DNA of 32,000 bases, taken from the NCBI RefSeq assembly GCF_000341395.1, contig NC_020304.1, positions 2,220,001 through 2,252,000 of the forward strand, in the 5' to 3' direction. The position numbers and the translations under genes were made by a program. The notes below the pieces were generated by a model. That model worked only from the letters and a program-made list of their open reading frames with translations, was not told where the DNA came from and did no database searches. Of the stretch, positions 1-8,828 are shown piece by piece. Position 1 is the first letter of the stretch, and each line of letters starts with the position of its first letter. The stretch comes from Desulfocapsa sulfexigens DSM 10523. GTDB lineage: Bacteria > Desulfobacterota > Desulfobulbia > Desulfobulbales > Desulfocapsaceae.

Positions 1-155
1 CCATCCTCGTTGAAAAGGAGGTGAAGGATGTCAAAGTCGGCAAGCTCTGCCAAGGTATCCATCCAGTGACGAATAACGGGAAAGGTTTTATACAGCTCTT
101 TTCCCATTTGTGGATAATGCGTTCCCTGACCGGAAAAAACAAGGCTAAGGGGCAA
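1..155 (-). other. Start of a malonyl/acyl transferase domain, truncated by the window edge
   Basis: PLSLVFSGQGTHYPQMGKELYKTFPVIRHWMD matches the GQGxQ start of PKS/FabD acyltransferases. The GHSxG serine lies outside the window. Confidence 0.7.
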
Positions 156-3100
156 GCTTCCTGTCTCTTCGGCTACTGTTATGCCAAGCTCTGTCAGTTC
201 TTTTTTCTGTTTGAATGTCAGTTTTGCCAGATTCTGTTTATAGGGCTCCAGTATTTTTTCGAGGGCAGAGTTCTTATTTTTATTATCAATGGCTCCGATC
301 CTGAATGTCTGGTTGTTGGATTCTGTTTTGAAGAAGGCAACGCCTACAGATGGTGAAGGGGCAATTGTGTCTGTCAGAATGTGCGGTGCCTGGCTGTTGT
401 CTCTGGTGCTGTTTTCAACCTGAACTACGTAGTTTGCACCACCAAAGCCGAATGCATTTACCTCAAAACGTCTTGCTCTCTCAAGGGGTTGTGGCCATGG
501 TTCCGCTTCCTTGCAAACATGGAACCCGGCCTCTTCCAGGCCTATGTCAGGATCTGGTGTATGGTAATTGAGCGTGGGAGGAAAGGTTCCGGCATGCATC
601 GCGCAAATACCACGAATAAGGCTACTGACTCCAGAAGCTCCCAGTGTATGACCGATTTGAGATTTGAAGGAGGAGAGTACAACAGAGCTGTTGGGCGGGT
701 AGATTTGTTTGAGAGCATTGACTTCTTCCCGATCTCCCATATGAGTACCTGTTGCGTGGCATTCAACCATGTCGACCTGCTCTGGGCCATAGCCAGCATC
801 TTCAAAGGAAGTGCTGATGGCAATTTTTTGTGTTTCTGCTACAGATTCAACCATCCCAAGGTGATTGTTGCTGGCTCCTACACCGGTAATATAGGCAAGG
901 ATTGGAGCACCCCTTTTCCGGGCAACGGATTCACGCTCCAAAACAATCATTCCGCCTCCCTCACCAAGAACCATACCACTGCGTTCGCTGTCGAAAGGAC
1001 GGGAATAGGCAGATGGGGATTCGTTGCTATAGCCTTTTCCCGCCAAAGCTCCCAGGGCGGAAAATTCAAGAAATGATCCTTGGCTGAGCAATTCTTCACC
1101 ACCGCCAATGATGGCTGCATCCAGAACCCCAGTCCGCATTAAATGAACAGCATTATAAAGTGCCGTGAGGCTTGAGGCGCAGGCAGAGGTGACAGAGAAA
1201 CTCGGACCATTAAATCCGTATTTGTTACAGATAAAGCCCGCTGCCGCGCAATTGAGACGGCCCAGGAGTGTCGTGTCATCTATTTCAAGATGACCAGTCC
1301 TGATAGTCTGTTCCAGCGAATCACTCTGGTCCGGGGAGAGATCGCACGATTGTCGGATAGTATCAGCAATTGTTTTGGCTGCCGTATATATGGTAAGGTC
1401 TGCAGTGGTGGAGCCAAATTCGCCGGCATTTTGTGAGACGAGTACTCCTATACGGTGGCGGGGGATATCAGAATCCAAAAGCGTTGAGTCGTGAATTGCT
1501 TTGTAGGCAAGCCACAGTGTAAGTTTTGTGGAGGCGGTCATGGTCCGGAAATCATGGGGTGGAATACCCAGTTCTTTTCGCGCAATGTTAAGGGATAAAA
1601 AAGCGCCTACCTTACAGTATGTTTTACCTTTGGTGCTGGAATTTTCTTTAAAAATATCCCTGTGATCCCATTTTTCAGCAGGTATTTCGCTGATGCCGCT
1701 TTTTTTTGCCAGACATGCCTGCCAGATTTCTTCTGGACTGTTACCCAGGGAATTTGCAGCGGCCATTCCAGTGATGGCAATACGCTCCCTGACGTTTTTT
1801 CTATTGCTGGACGGTAGTGATGTTTCCTGTGCGGAAGAATTCTGCAATATTGCTTTGAATTGATTTTCTGCCAATAATTGGTGGATTTTTGCAACGGGGA
1901 GGATCTCCTGCAGATCTCCGGCGATTGAGCCACTCATATACTGTCCTTCCTGGTAGCAAACATCTGGGGAAAGAGGGTGGCCGCTTTTTGGGTGCTGGTT
2001 TCGAGCTGCAACAAGCAGGCTTCCGATACTGGTTTCTTCGAGTTGGCGCCTGATGGCAGCCTCATTGCTCGTCTGCTTGTGAATTGCTTTTTCCAGAGAA
2101 CGAATTTTTGTTGTTTTGGGGGAGGAAAGGGAACGGACGCGCAGCCCAACGGACTCTCCTGTGAGTATGGTGTCACCAAAAGAAGATTTGAGCAGTGTCT
2201 GCTGGTAGAGTTTGCTCAATGCGCCAGAGGCGACAATTTCTCGGGAAGAGAGATAAAGTGTGCCCATTTGCACCCCATCTGCCCCTAAAAAGGCTGCCCG
2301 AGCAAGTGAATTGGTATTGTAAATACCGCCGGCCAGAACGAGAAAATTTCCACTGTTTGTGTCTGTGGATTGGTGCCTTAGTTCGAGGGCAGCTTGAGCA
2401 AGGGTCAAGGTCGAGTGTACTCCAACATGGCCTCCAGCCTCCTGACCTTCACATATTACAATGCTGATATTATTGTTCCAGGCCAGTCGCAGCAGTTCGA
2501 TGTCGGAGGTAACATAGATAACCGTAATACCCTTTTGCTGCAAACGTGCTGCGTGGGCTGGATCACCTGCAGAAATAACGACAAAGGGAGGCTTGTTTTT
2601 TTCAAGCCAGGCTAGTTGTTCCGTGCGATAGGGATTTTCGGGAAGGGTGATGACATTGATGGCGTATGGATGTCCCTGGAGAGTCTGTTTCAGGGTGGCG
2701 AGATCCTGTTCAATTTCTTTGATTGATTTAATACCAAGGGCAATGGTTGGCAGTCCGCCTGCCTGGGCAATGGAAAGTGCAAATTCCGGAACATCGCTGA
2801 TGCAGGCCATGGCCCCCTGGATAAAGGGATATTGAACTCCAAGTACCCCGGTCAGTTTACCTTTCAGCATTTCGGGAATGGCTCTATCCACATCGGCATA
2901 GAGTCGGGCAGTTTCTGATGCGAAATTGGAAATGGCAGTGGAGGTTTCCTGACCAAAACGCTTGATAAATGAATCGGCAAAAGCAGCCTCGGGCCCTAAG
3001 GGTACGAGTTGACTTCCATCAAAATCGCTATCAAGGGGGAGGACAGTTTTTGAAGAAATAGCAGTTGTCAATGCACTGGAGGGGGTGGTGTCACCGTCTT

Positions 3101-3863
3101 TGTTGTTTAATAATTGCCTGAGTTCTTTGACTGCTGAGGCATTACCCTTGTCAAACACTCTGAAAAATAGATTTTTTCCGAGTTCTATGGAGGAGGTGTG
3201 GTCTATTCGTAACTGTGAAATTTTTTTTGAAAGAGGGGCGTTTGGGCCAACCATTTTGTCGGTGAGCCAGTGGAGACTTTCAAAAACAATTCGAGAAACT
3301 CCGCTCGCGAGGCAGGCGGCTGCTCCCTCTGGAGTAGCGATACCACCCCAAACATGAATTGCGGGTGTGGAAGAGTGTTTTTTTGAGAGTACTTCCAGAT
3401 GTGAGAGAAGTGTTAAGAGCGTTTCCGAGCTGACAAAACCAGATGATTCTGAGCCTTTAATGGCCAGGCCAGAGACCTGAGAGGGGTTTTCAAAACAGGC
3501 GTGAATGACTGGCAGGTCACCGGTGATTATATTGCAGGTGAGGGAATCATGGATTGCTATCTGTTCAAGAAAAGCGTCAAAGGCACGGGATGATACCTGC
3601 GGAAAGTATTCGACCCAGATGGTTTTCGTTTGAATGGCTTCCAGTAATGCTGTCACTTTCGTTGAAAAAAACTGCTCCAGAGAAAGTTTCAGTTCTACTC
3701 CCTGCAAGTCGGGCGTGTCGTGGGTGAGTTGGTCAACGGAGAGTTCTGATACATCCAGAATGATCTGTAGCCTGTTTTTTTGAACGAGTTGTGAAACAGG
3801 AGGTGTGAAATATTGTGGATGCCAAACATAAGAAAGTGATTTTGTAGTCAGTTCGTTCGACAT
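1..3863 (-). CDS. Multidomain polyketide/fatty-acid-type synthase, N-terminal part (NMO-type enoyl reductase, ketosynthase, start of acyltransferase). The gene continues beyond the left window edge.
   Basis: Absent from the ORF track because it has no stop in the window. My translation from the ATG at 3863..3861 (GGAG 10 nt upstream) stays open to position 1. Motifs seen: GVQYPFIQGAMA and EGQEAGGHVG (FabK/PfaD NMO-type ER); SVTSACASSL, ECHATGT and KSQIGHTLGASG (KS Cys-His-His); LVFSGQGTHYPQMGKELY (N-terminal AT motif). Confidence 0.9.
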   Translation of the reverse strand, partial: MSNELTTKSLSYVWHPQYFTPPVSQLVQKNRLQIILDVSELSVDQLTHDTPDLQGVELKLSLEQFFSTKVTALLEAIQTKTIWVEYFPQVSSRAFDAFLEQIAIHDSLTCNIITGDLPVIHACFENPSQVSGLAIKGSESSGFVSSETLLTLLSHLEVLSKKHSSTPAIHVWGGIATPEGAAACLASGVSRIVFESLHWLTDKMVGPNAPLSKKISQLRIDHTSSIELGKNLFFRVFDKGNASAVKELRQLLNNKDGDTTPSSALTTAISSKTVLPLDSDFDGSQLVPLGPEAAFADSFIKRFGQETSTAISNFASETARLYADVDRAIPEMLKGKLTGVLGVQYPFIQGAMACISDVPEFALSIAQAGGLPTIALGIKSIKEIEQDLATLKQTLQGHPYAINVITLPENPYRTEQLAWLEKNKPPFVVISAGDPAHAARLQQKGITVIYVTSDIELLRLAWNNNISIVICEGQEAGGHVGVHSTLTLAQAALELRHQSTDTNSGNFLVLAGGIYNTNSLARAAFLGADGVQMGTLYLSSREIVASGALSKLYQQTLLKSSFGDTILTGESVGLRVRSLSSPKTTKIRSLEKAIHKQTSNEAAIRRQLEETSIGSLLVAARNQHPKSGHPLSPDVCYQEGQYMSGSIAGDLQEILPVAKIHQLLAENQFKAILQNSSAQETSLPSSNRKNVRERIAITGMAAANSLGNSPEEIWQACLAKKSGISEIPAEKWDHRDIFKENSSTKGKTYCKVGAFLSLNIARKELGIPPHDFRTMTASTKLTLWLAYKAIHDSTLLDSDIPRHRIGVLVSQNAGEFGSTTADLTIYTAAKTIADTIRQSCDLSPDQSDSLEQTIRTGHLEIDDTTLLGRLNCAAAGFICNKYGFNGPSFSVTSACASSLTALYNAVHLMRTGVLDAAIIGGGEELLSQGSFLEFSALGALAGKGYSNESPSAYSRPFDSERSGMVLGEGGGMIVLERESVARKRGAPILAYITGVGASNNHLGMVESVAETQKIAISTSFEDAGYGPEQVDMVECHATGTHMGDREEVNALKQIYPPNSSVVLSSFKSQIGHTLGASGVSSLIRGICAMHAGTFPPTLNYHTPDPDIGLEEAGFHVCKEAEPWPQPLERARRFEVNAFGFGGANYVVQVENSTRDNSQAPHILTDTIAPSPSVGVAFFKTESNNQTFRIGAIDNKNKNSALEKILEPYKQNLAKLTFKQKKELTELGITVAEETGSLPLSLVFSGQGTHYPQMGKELYKTFPVIRHWMDTLAELADFDILHLLFNED
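415..1790 (-). other. Ketosynthase domain of the synthase
   Basis: Runs from RIAITGMAAANSLG to FGFGGANYVVQVE. Active-site Cys in TSACASS; His motifs HATGT and IGHTLGASG. Confidence 0.9.
1880..2850 (-). other. NMO/FabK/PfaD-type enoyl reductase domain of the synthase
   Basis: GVLGVQYPFIQGAMACISDVPEFALSIAQAGGLPTIA, EGQEAGGHVG and LAGGIYNTNSLARAAFLGADGVQMGT. Boundaries are approximate. Confidence 0.8.
2993..3863 (-). other. N-terminal ~290-aa region of the synthase, weakly resembling the C-terminal half of an NMO/TIM-barrel domain
   Basis: The segment IHVWGGIATPEGAAACLASGVSRIVFESLHW resembles the GG-I-x-T...AA-L-x-LGA-x-V strand-loop of NMO/PfaD barrels. No GGH catalytic motif is seen here. 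Boundaries are approximate. Confidence 0.3.
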
Positions 3864-4306
3864 TATGGGTAAACTCCGAAGATGTGTTGGTCTGTTCTTG
3901 ATCCAGATAGTAACATGTAATAAATTTGTTTTTTCCGTCGTAGATTATTTCTTCAAAAAGAACTTCAGTTTGAAGTGGAAATATTTCTAACTATATAAAA
4001 AGAATAAATTAAATTAACATGAAGAAGGAACTGTTTTCAAGCAATAGATATTGTATAATCCAGGTTTGAAAGAAAAAAAATAATATGCCTTCCGGGCAAT
4101 ATTTTGTTACCTGTTGTTTTCTATAGTAAATTTTGAGAATAATCGTTTTCCAAAATAGGAGTATTGTCGTTTCTGAAGTGAAGTGATTTGCATCAGTTTG
4201 TGCGACTGAACGCAGGTAGGAACAGTAATTTTCAGAGAATGCAGGGAGTGGTCGCAGGTGCTTCCCTGACAAAGTGCTTTTTTTTACAGGAACCGTGGAC
4301 GTTTAG
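3864..4306. promoter_or_regulatory. AT-rich divergent intergenic region between the synthase (minus) and the glycosyltransferase operon (plus)
   Basis: 443 bp between two divergently oriented start codons, with A8 and T8 runs and many TATAAT-like hexamers. No specific promoter could be pinned down by eye. Confidence 0.4.
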
Positions 4307-5359
4307 ATGACAAACATATTATATGGTGTTCATGGGATTGGTCATGGGCACGCCATTAGAGCACTTACCATTGCCAGTTCTTTTCCGCAGCACAATTTTC
4401 TCTTTATAAGCGACGGTGACGGATATAATATGCTGCAATCAGAACATAAGGTGTTCAGGTTGTCGGTCAATGGGAGTCCTGCCTTCCATCACAGCATGCC
4501 ATATTCTGGAGCTGTTTCTTCATATTGTAAAAATATTCTTGCCGGTAAGCAGGGAAGAAAAGAAGCATTGCAGGCCGTGGAATTATTTAAGCCTGACGTG
4601 GCCATTACCGATTACGAGTCGAATGTCCCCTGGCTCTGTCGTAAAACAGGCTTACCCTGCCTGTCTCTCGATCATCAGCATATTGCCAGATTCGGTTCCC
4701 TGAGTCTCCCACTGACCAGAACAGTGGATCTTGCTTTACTCCGCATCGCCATATGGATGCAATTTCATGAGCTACGGAACCACATGATTATTTCTTTTTT
4801 TGATCCCCCGTTACGGTCGAAAAGGCGGGTGAAAGTTTTTCCTCCGATTCTCAGGCAAAAAGTCCTCGACCGGGTTTCTACAGAAGGTGAGCATGTCCTT
4901 GCGTATCATGGATATTCAACGACGTCAGATTTCCACCGTTTTCTTTTATCCCTACCCCACCCGGTCCGCTGCTATGGTATGAATGAGGACAGAGTGGTCG
5001 CAAATGTAACGTACAGGAAAAAATCTACAGATCATTTTCTTGATGACCTTGCCTCCTGTCGATATGTCTTGAGTACAGCGGGACACACCTTGCTTTCCGA
5101 GGCTCTTTATTATGGGAAACCAGTGATGGCTTTTCCCATACGTAATGCCTGTGAACAGTATATCAACGGTTATTATCTGGAGAAAAATGGATATGGGATA
5201 ATGAATGATGCTTTCCGGCCATCATCTGATATCCTGGATGGTTTTGAGAAAAACTTGGAGAATTATAAAAAGAATATCCAAAAAACTTGTTTTTGTGGCA
5301 ACGAGAAGGTTACTGCTGTTCTGAAACATTATTTTGATACCAAAGAATATATTGTGTGA
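4307..5359 (+). CDS. Glycosyltransferase, GT1/GT28-like (MJ1255 / Glyco_trans_1_3 type)
   Basis: N-terminal YGVHGIGHGHAIRA glycine-His loop. C-terminal STAGHTLLSEALYYGKPVMAFPIRNACEQYINGYYLEKNGYG has the typical G-x-x-x-x-E...P...P...EQ..NA nucleotide-sugar lobe. Confidence 0.7.
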   Translation: MTNILYGVHGIGHGHAIRALTIASSFPQHNFLFISDGDGYNMLQSEHKVFRLSVNGSPAFHHSMPYSGAVSSYCKNILAGKQGRKEALQAVELFKPDVAITDYESNVPWLCRKTGLPCLSLDHQHIARFGSLSLPLTRTVDLALLRIAIWMQFHELRNHMIISFFDPPLRSKRRVKVFPPILRQKVLDRVSTEGEHVLAYHGYSTTSDFHRFLLSLPHPVRCYGMNEDRVVANVTYRKKSTDHFLDDLASCRYVLSTAGHTLLSEALYYGKPVMAFPIRNACEQYINGYYLEKNGYGIMNDAFRPSSDILDGFEKNLENYKKNIQKTCFCGNEKVTAVLKHYFDTKEYIV

Positions 5360-5411
5360 ACTTGTTGAAAACAATCATCGTCCATCTTTTTTTCTGCGGT
5401 ATGGTTAAAGT

Positions 5412-8400
5412 ATGAGTTATTTAAAAAAAATGTTTCGTACTTTGGAGAATATCGTTTTTGCGTATAATCGGGAAGGAAAAGCTGTACTGGAAATCCCTCT
5501 GTTTGATGCAGCGTACTATCGTAAGCAATTCCCTGGGAAACGTGGATCAGATCTGAACCTTTTGCGTCATTATCTTATCAGAGGATTTATGCAGGGGGAT
5601 AATCCGCATCCTCTGTTCAATACCTCGTTTTATCTAAAAAGCAATCCGGATTTGGCTGAATCAGGAACGAATCCACTTATCCATTATCTCCACCGTGGAT
5701 ATCGAGAAAGAAGATCACCTCATATCCTATTCGATATATCCTATTACCTGGAGCATAATCCAGATGTAGAAAAGGCCGGTGTTGATCCTCTGATTCATTA
5801 TCTCACGCGTGGTTACAAAGAAAGAAGGATGCCCCATTTCTTATTCGATGTGTCCTATTATCTGAAAAATAATCCGGATATAGAGAAGGCAGGCATTGAC
5901 CCTCTGACCCACTACATTCAATACGGCTATAAAGAAAAAAGAGATCCCCACCCTTTATTCAGTACCTCATTTTATCTTGAGAATAATCCTAATGTGGAAG
6001 CGTCAGGAAAGAACCCATTGGTTCATTATCTTCAATATGGCTGTAAAGAACAAAGATCCCCTCATTCTCTTTTTGATACCCCTTATTATATTGAAAGCAA
6101 CCCAGATTTGAAGAATGCTGGTATCGATCCTCTGAAACACTATCTCAGCCTTGGTTATAGGGAAAAGAGGAATCCCCATCCCCTCTTTAACACGTTCTTT
6201 TATTGTTACCGATATAAAGACAAACTTGCCGATGGGCAGAATCCACTTGTGCATTTCTGTGTGTATGGGTTGACGGAAAAAACTGATCCTCATCCACTTT
6301 TCAATACAGCGTATTATTTGCAGTTTAATCCGGAAGCTATTGCCTCTGGAATGAACCCCCTGGTGCATTTTCTTGCGAATGGATACAGACAGGGAGAGGC
6401 TTTTTATACGTATAAAAAGCGTCCCAAAAGAGAAATAAAAACAATCTTCATTGTGTCCTGTTGGATTCCTAAATTTAATCATGATTCAGGATCATTACGG
6501 CTGTATCGTTTGATTCAGATGCTTGCGGAAGATGGATATGAAATAGTTTTATGGGCACGATCAGGGCCCGGGGATGAGCAATACGTCGAAGCTTTGAAAG
6601 AACTCAAAGTAACACTTCCCTATCGGGAAAATGGATTTACGAACTATTTGGATGAAAAAGGCGCCTCTGTTGATTTGGTCATGCTTTGTCGATTACCAGT
6701 GGCCAGTCAATATCTTGATATTGTTCTTACTCTGACAGATGCGAGGATTGTTTTTGATACGGTTGACCTTGCCTATTTACGAGAGGAAAGAATGGCACAG
6801 ACTCTGGGGCAACAGGTTGATCAGACTATCAAGGCCAAAGAACTTCATGTTTGTCGTTGTGTTGATGAGGTTGTTGTTGTCAGCCCGGTAGAGAAAGAAA
6901 TCCTTAAGGTCGAAGGCATTGAGGAGAATGTGTCAATTGTGACCAATATTCACGACTTAAGTTCTCCTGGCAGATCATTTAAAGAAAGAGTGGGGTTGAT
7001 GTTTATCGGCGGTTTTGAGCATCAGCCCAATGTTGATGGTATTCTCTGGTTTGTACAAAAGATATGGCCGATGATACAGGAACAAATTTCAGACATTCAT
7101 CTGGACATTGTCGGCAGCAATCCTCCCGATACAATCCTGGCGCTGGTTTCTCCCGATATTAATGTCACTGGATATGTGTTGGATGTGAAACCATATTTTG
7201 ATAAGGCCAGGGTGTTTGTCAGCCCCTTGCGCTTTGGTGCAGGAGTCAAGGGGAAAATCGGGCAAAGTATGGCCTTCGGGCTTCCCGTGGTCACGACATC
7301 CACAGGGGCGGAAGGGATGTATCTTGAAGACGGTGTCAGTGCAATGATTGGAGATGAAGAAGAGCTGTTTGCACAAAAGGTAATACGCCTCTATCGGGAT
7401 GAAGGGTTGTGGCGGACCCTTTCCCGGAATGCAGGGGGGCTGATCGAACATCATTTTACGACCGAGGTCGTTAAAAAGGCTCTATTGGAAGTGATCGAGA
7501 GTGATAGGGGCAACGAGACGCTGGAACAAAGAGAAAATGAAAAAATCGATACCCTTTTGCAAAATCTTCATTTTACCACTACGGATCTTCCCCTTGTCTC
7601 CATCATCATCCCAACATATGGACAGGTTTATTATACACTGAAGTGCTTGTCTTCAATTATGGAAAATCTCCCTGAGGCTGAGGTGGAGATCATTGTTATC
7701 GATGATGCATCGGGGCATACTCGAATAAAAGATCTGGCGCGAGTGCCTGGGATCCAGCTGCTCGTTCAAGAGGAAAATCTAGGTTTTGTCGGTTCTGTCA
7801 ATAATGGTGCCCGGCAGGCTCGTGGGGATTTCCTGTACTTCCTGAATAATGATACTCAAGTCACTAAGGGGTGGCTGGACAGTATGGTGGCTCTGTTTGA
7901 GGTTCATGTAGATTGTGCAATTGTCGGCTCAAAGCTTGTTTATCCCGATGGTCGCCTCCAGGAGGCTGGAGGCATTATCTGGCAGGATGGGGCAGCATGG
8001 AATTACGGACACTCGGATGATCCTGACAGCCCTCTATATAATTATGTCAAAGAAGTTGATTATGTTTCCGGGGCCTCGTTGTTGATAAAAAAACAACTAT
8101 TTGATTCATTGGGCGGGATGAATCCGGACTATTCACCAGCCTATTATGAGGATGTAGATCTTGCATTCTCGGCTCGGGCAGCCGGTGGAAAAGTCTACTA
8201 TCAACCAGCATCCATGGTGGTACATTATGAAGGAATATCACATGGAACCGATACGAGCCTGGGGATAAAGGCGTATCAGAACAGTAATCAGGCAACTTTC
8301 GTCAAAAACTGGCAGGAGATACTTGCGGCTGAACATTTTGCACATGGTAGCAATGTTTTTCATGCCAGGGATCGGAGCCGTCATCGTCAAACTGTATTGC

Positions 8401-8798
8401 TTGTAGATCAATCAATTTCTTCTCCATATGATGCAATACAGACGAATATAATCTGGTATATTATACAGTTGCTGGTAGAGTTGAGTATGAATGTGAAGTA
8501 TTTCTCCTGTAATAGTAAAAGAGAGCAAACAGATTTCGACGCGTTACAGAGACTTGGTGTTGAAATAATTTGTGATGCTGAGGATAAAGATGGGTTAAGG
8601 AAGTGGATTCGGGATCATGGATCTTTGCTGGATGTGATTGTATGTCCATCTGATTTCGAGAAAAAGGAAATTCACGGATATGATCTTGACCTGAATGTAA
8701 GGATTGTTCCTTTTTGTTTGTTTGGGGAGCAGAGGGTAAACGGCAAAGCTGATCTTCTTCAAATTCTTAATAATTGTTCGGACGCTGGACCTGCATAA
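5412..8798 (+). CDS. 1128-aa multidomain glycosyltransferase: 38-aa tandem repeats, GT4 domain (about 6434-7500), GT2 domain (about 7587-8250) and a C-terminal truncated GT4-like N-lobe (about 8380-8798)
   Basis: GT4: FVSPLRFGAGVKGKIGQSMAFGLPVVTTSTGAEGM. GT2: VSIIIPTYGQ, IIVIDDASGH, YFLNNDTQV and YYEDVDLAFS. The architecture resembles polymerising GTs of ABC-transporter-dependent O-antigen or capsule pathways. Confidence 0.85.
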   Translation: MSYLKKMFRTLENIVFAYNREGKAVLEIPLFDAAYYRKQFPGKRGSDLNLLRHYLIRGFMQGDNPHPLFNTSFYLKSNPDLAESGTNPLIHYLHRGYRERRSPHILFDISYYLEHNPDVEKAGVDPLIHYLTRGYKERRMPHFLFDVSYYLKNNPDIEKAGIDPLTHYIQYGYKEKRDPHPLFSTSFYLENNPNVEASGKNPLVHYLQYGCKEQRSPHSLFDTPYYIESNPDLKNAGIDPLKHYLSLGYREKRNPHPLFNTFFYCYRYKDKLADGQNPLVHFCVYGLTEKTDPHPLFNTAYYLQFNPEAIASGMNPLVHFLANGYRQGEAFYTYKKRPKREIKTIFIVSCWIPKFNHDSGSLRLYRLIQMLAEDGYEIVLWARSGPGDEQYVEALKELKVTLPYRENGFTNYLDEKGASVDLVMLCRLPVASQYLDIVLTLTDARIVFDTVDLAYLREERMAQTLGQQVDQTIKAKELHVCRCVDEVVVVSPVEKEILKVEGIEENVSIVTNIHDLSSPGRSFKERVGLMFIGGFEHQPNVDGILWFVQKIWPMIQEQISDIHLDIVGSNPPDTILALVSPDINVTGYVLDVKPYFDKARVFVSPLRFGAGVKGKIGQSMAFGLPVVTTSTGAEGMYLEDGVSAMIGDEEELFAQKVIRLYRDEGLWRTLSRNAGGLIEHHFTTEVVKKALLEVIESDRGNETLEQRENEKIDTLLQNLHFTTTDLPLVSIIIPTYGQVYYTLKCLSSIMENLPEAEVEIIVIDDASGHTRIKDLARVPGIQLLVQEENLGFVGSVNNGARQARGDFLYFLNNDTQVTKGWLDSMVALFEVHVDCAIVGSKLVYPDGRLQEAGGIIWQDGAAWNYGHSDDPDSPLYNYVKEVDYVSGASLLIKKQLFDSLGGMNPDYSPAYYEDVDLAFSARAAGGKVYYQPASMVVHYEGISHGTDTSLGIKAYQNSNQATFVKNWQEILAAEHFAHGSNVFHARDRSRHRQTVLLVDQSISSPYDAIQTNIIWYIIQLLVELSMNVKYFSCNSKREQTDFDALQRLGVEIICDAEDKDGLRKWIRDHGSLLDVIVCPSDFEKKEIHGYDLDLNVRIVPFCLFGEQRVNGKADLLQILNNCSDAGPA
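5493..6401 (+). repeat. In-frame tandem repeat with a 114-bp / 38-aa period, 7 full copies plus one degenerate leading copy
   Basis: The unit PHPLF-x-TS-FYL-x-x-NPD-x-x-x-AG-x-NPL-x-HYL-x-x-GY-x-E-x-R recurs at residues 65, 103, 141, 179, 217, 255 and 293 of the 5412 ORF. Copies are diverged at the DNA level. Confidence 0.9.
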
Positions 8799-8828
8799 AT
8801 TCAGTCACTGACCGAGGAGTAAACAACT

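Noticed and set aside
21-3357. About ten short to medium track ORFs in 21-3357 (for example 381..1076 +, 1607..1933 -, 1934..2179 -, 3085..3357 +)
   Set aside because: They all lie inside the long minus-strand synthase frame, either antisense or out of frame. That frame carries unmistakable ER, KS and AT motifs. The short ORFs have low-complexity, Cys/Arg-rich compositions and are shadow ORFs.
4009-4272. 87-aa minus-strand ORF in the synthase/GT intergenic region
   Set aside because: The segment is AT-rich and low-complexity with homopolymer runs, has no RBS and resembles no protein I recognise. It is more likely promoter DNA.
5425-5432. A8 run at codons 5-7 of the giant GT, and similar A8/T8 runs in the radical SAM, flippase, GT2 and acyltransferase genes, considered as phase-variation tracts
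   Set aside because: A/T runs of 7-8 occur throughout this moderately AT-rich window, mostly encoding Lys-Lys or Phe-Phe. They are not enriched in any gene class, so they are not informative, unlike the unique G8.
5493-6401. Regular 114-bp periodicity, considered as a possible CRISPR or noncoding satellite array
   Set aside because: The periodicity is in frame within a continuous ORF, there is no repeat/spacer alternation, and the copies are diverged while preserving the amino-acid motif. It is a protein repeat. The antisense ORF 6003..6482 is a shadow of it.
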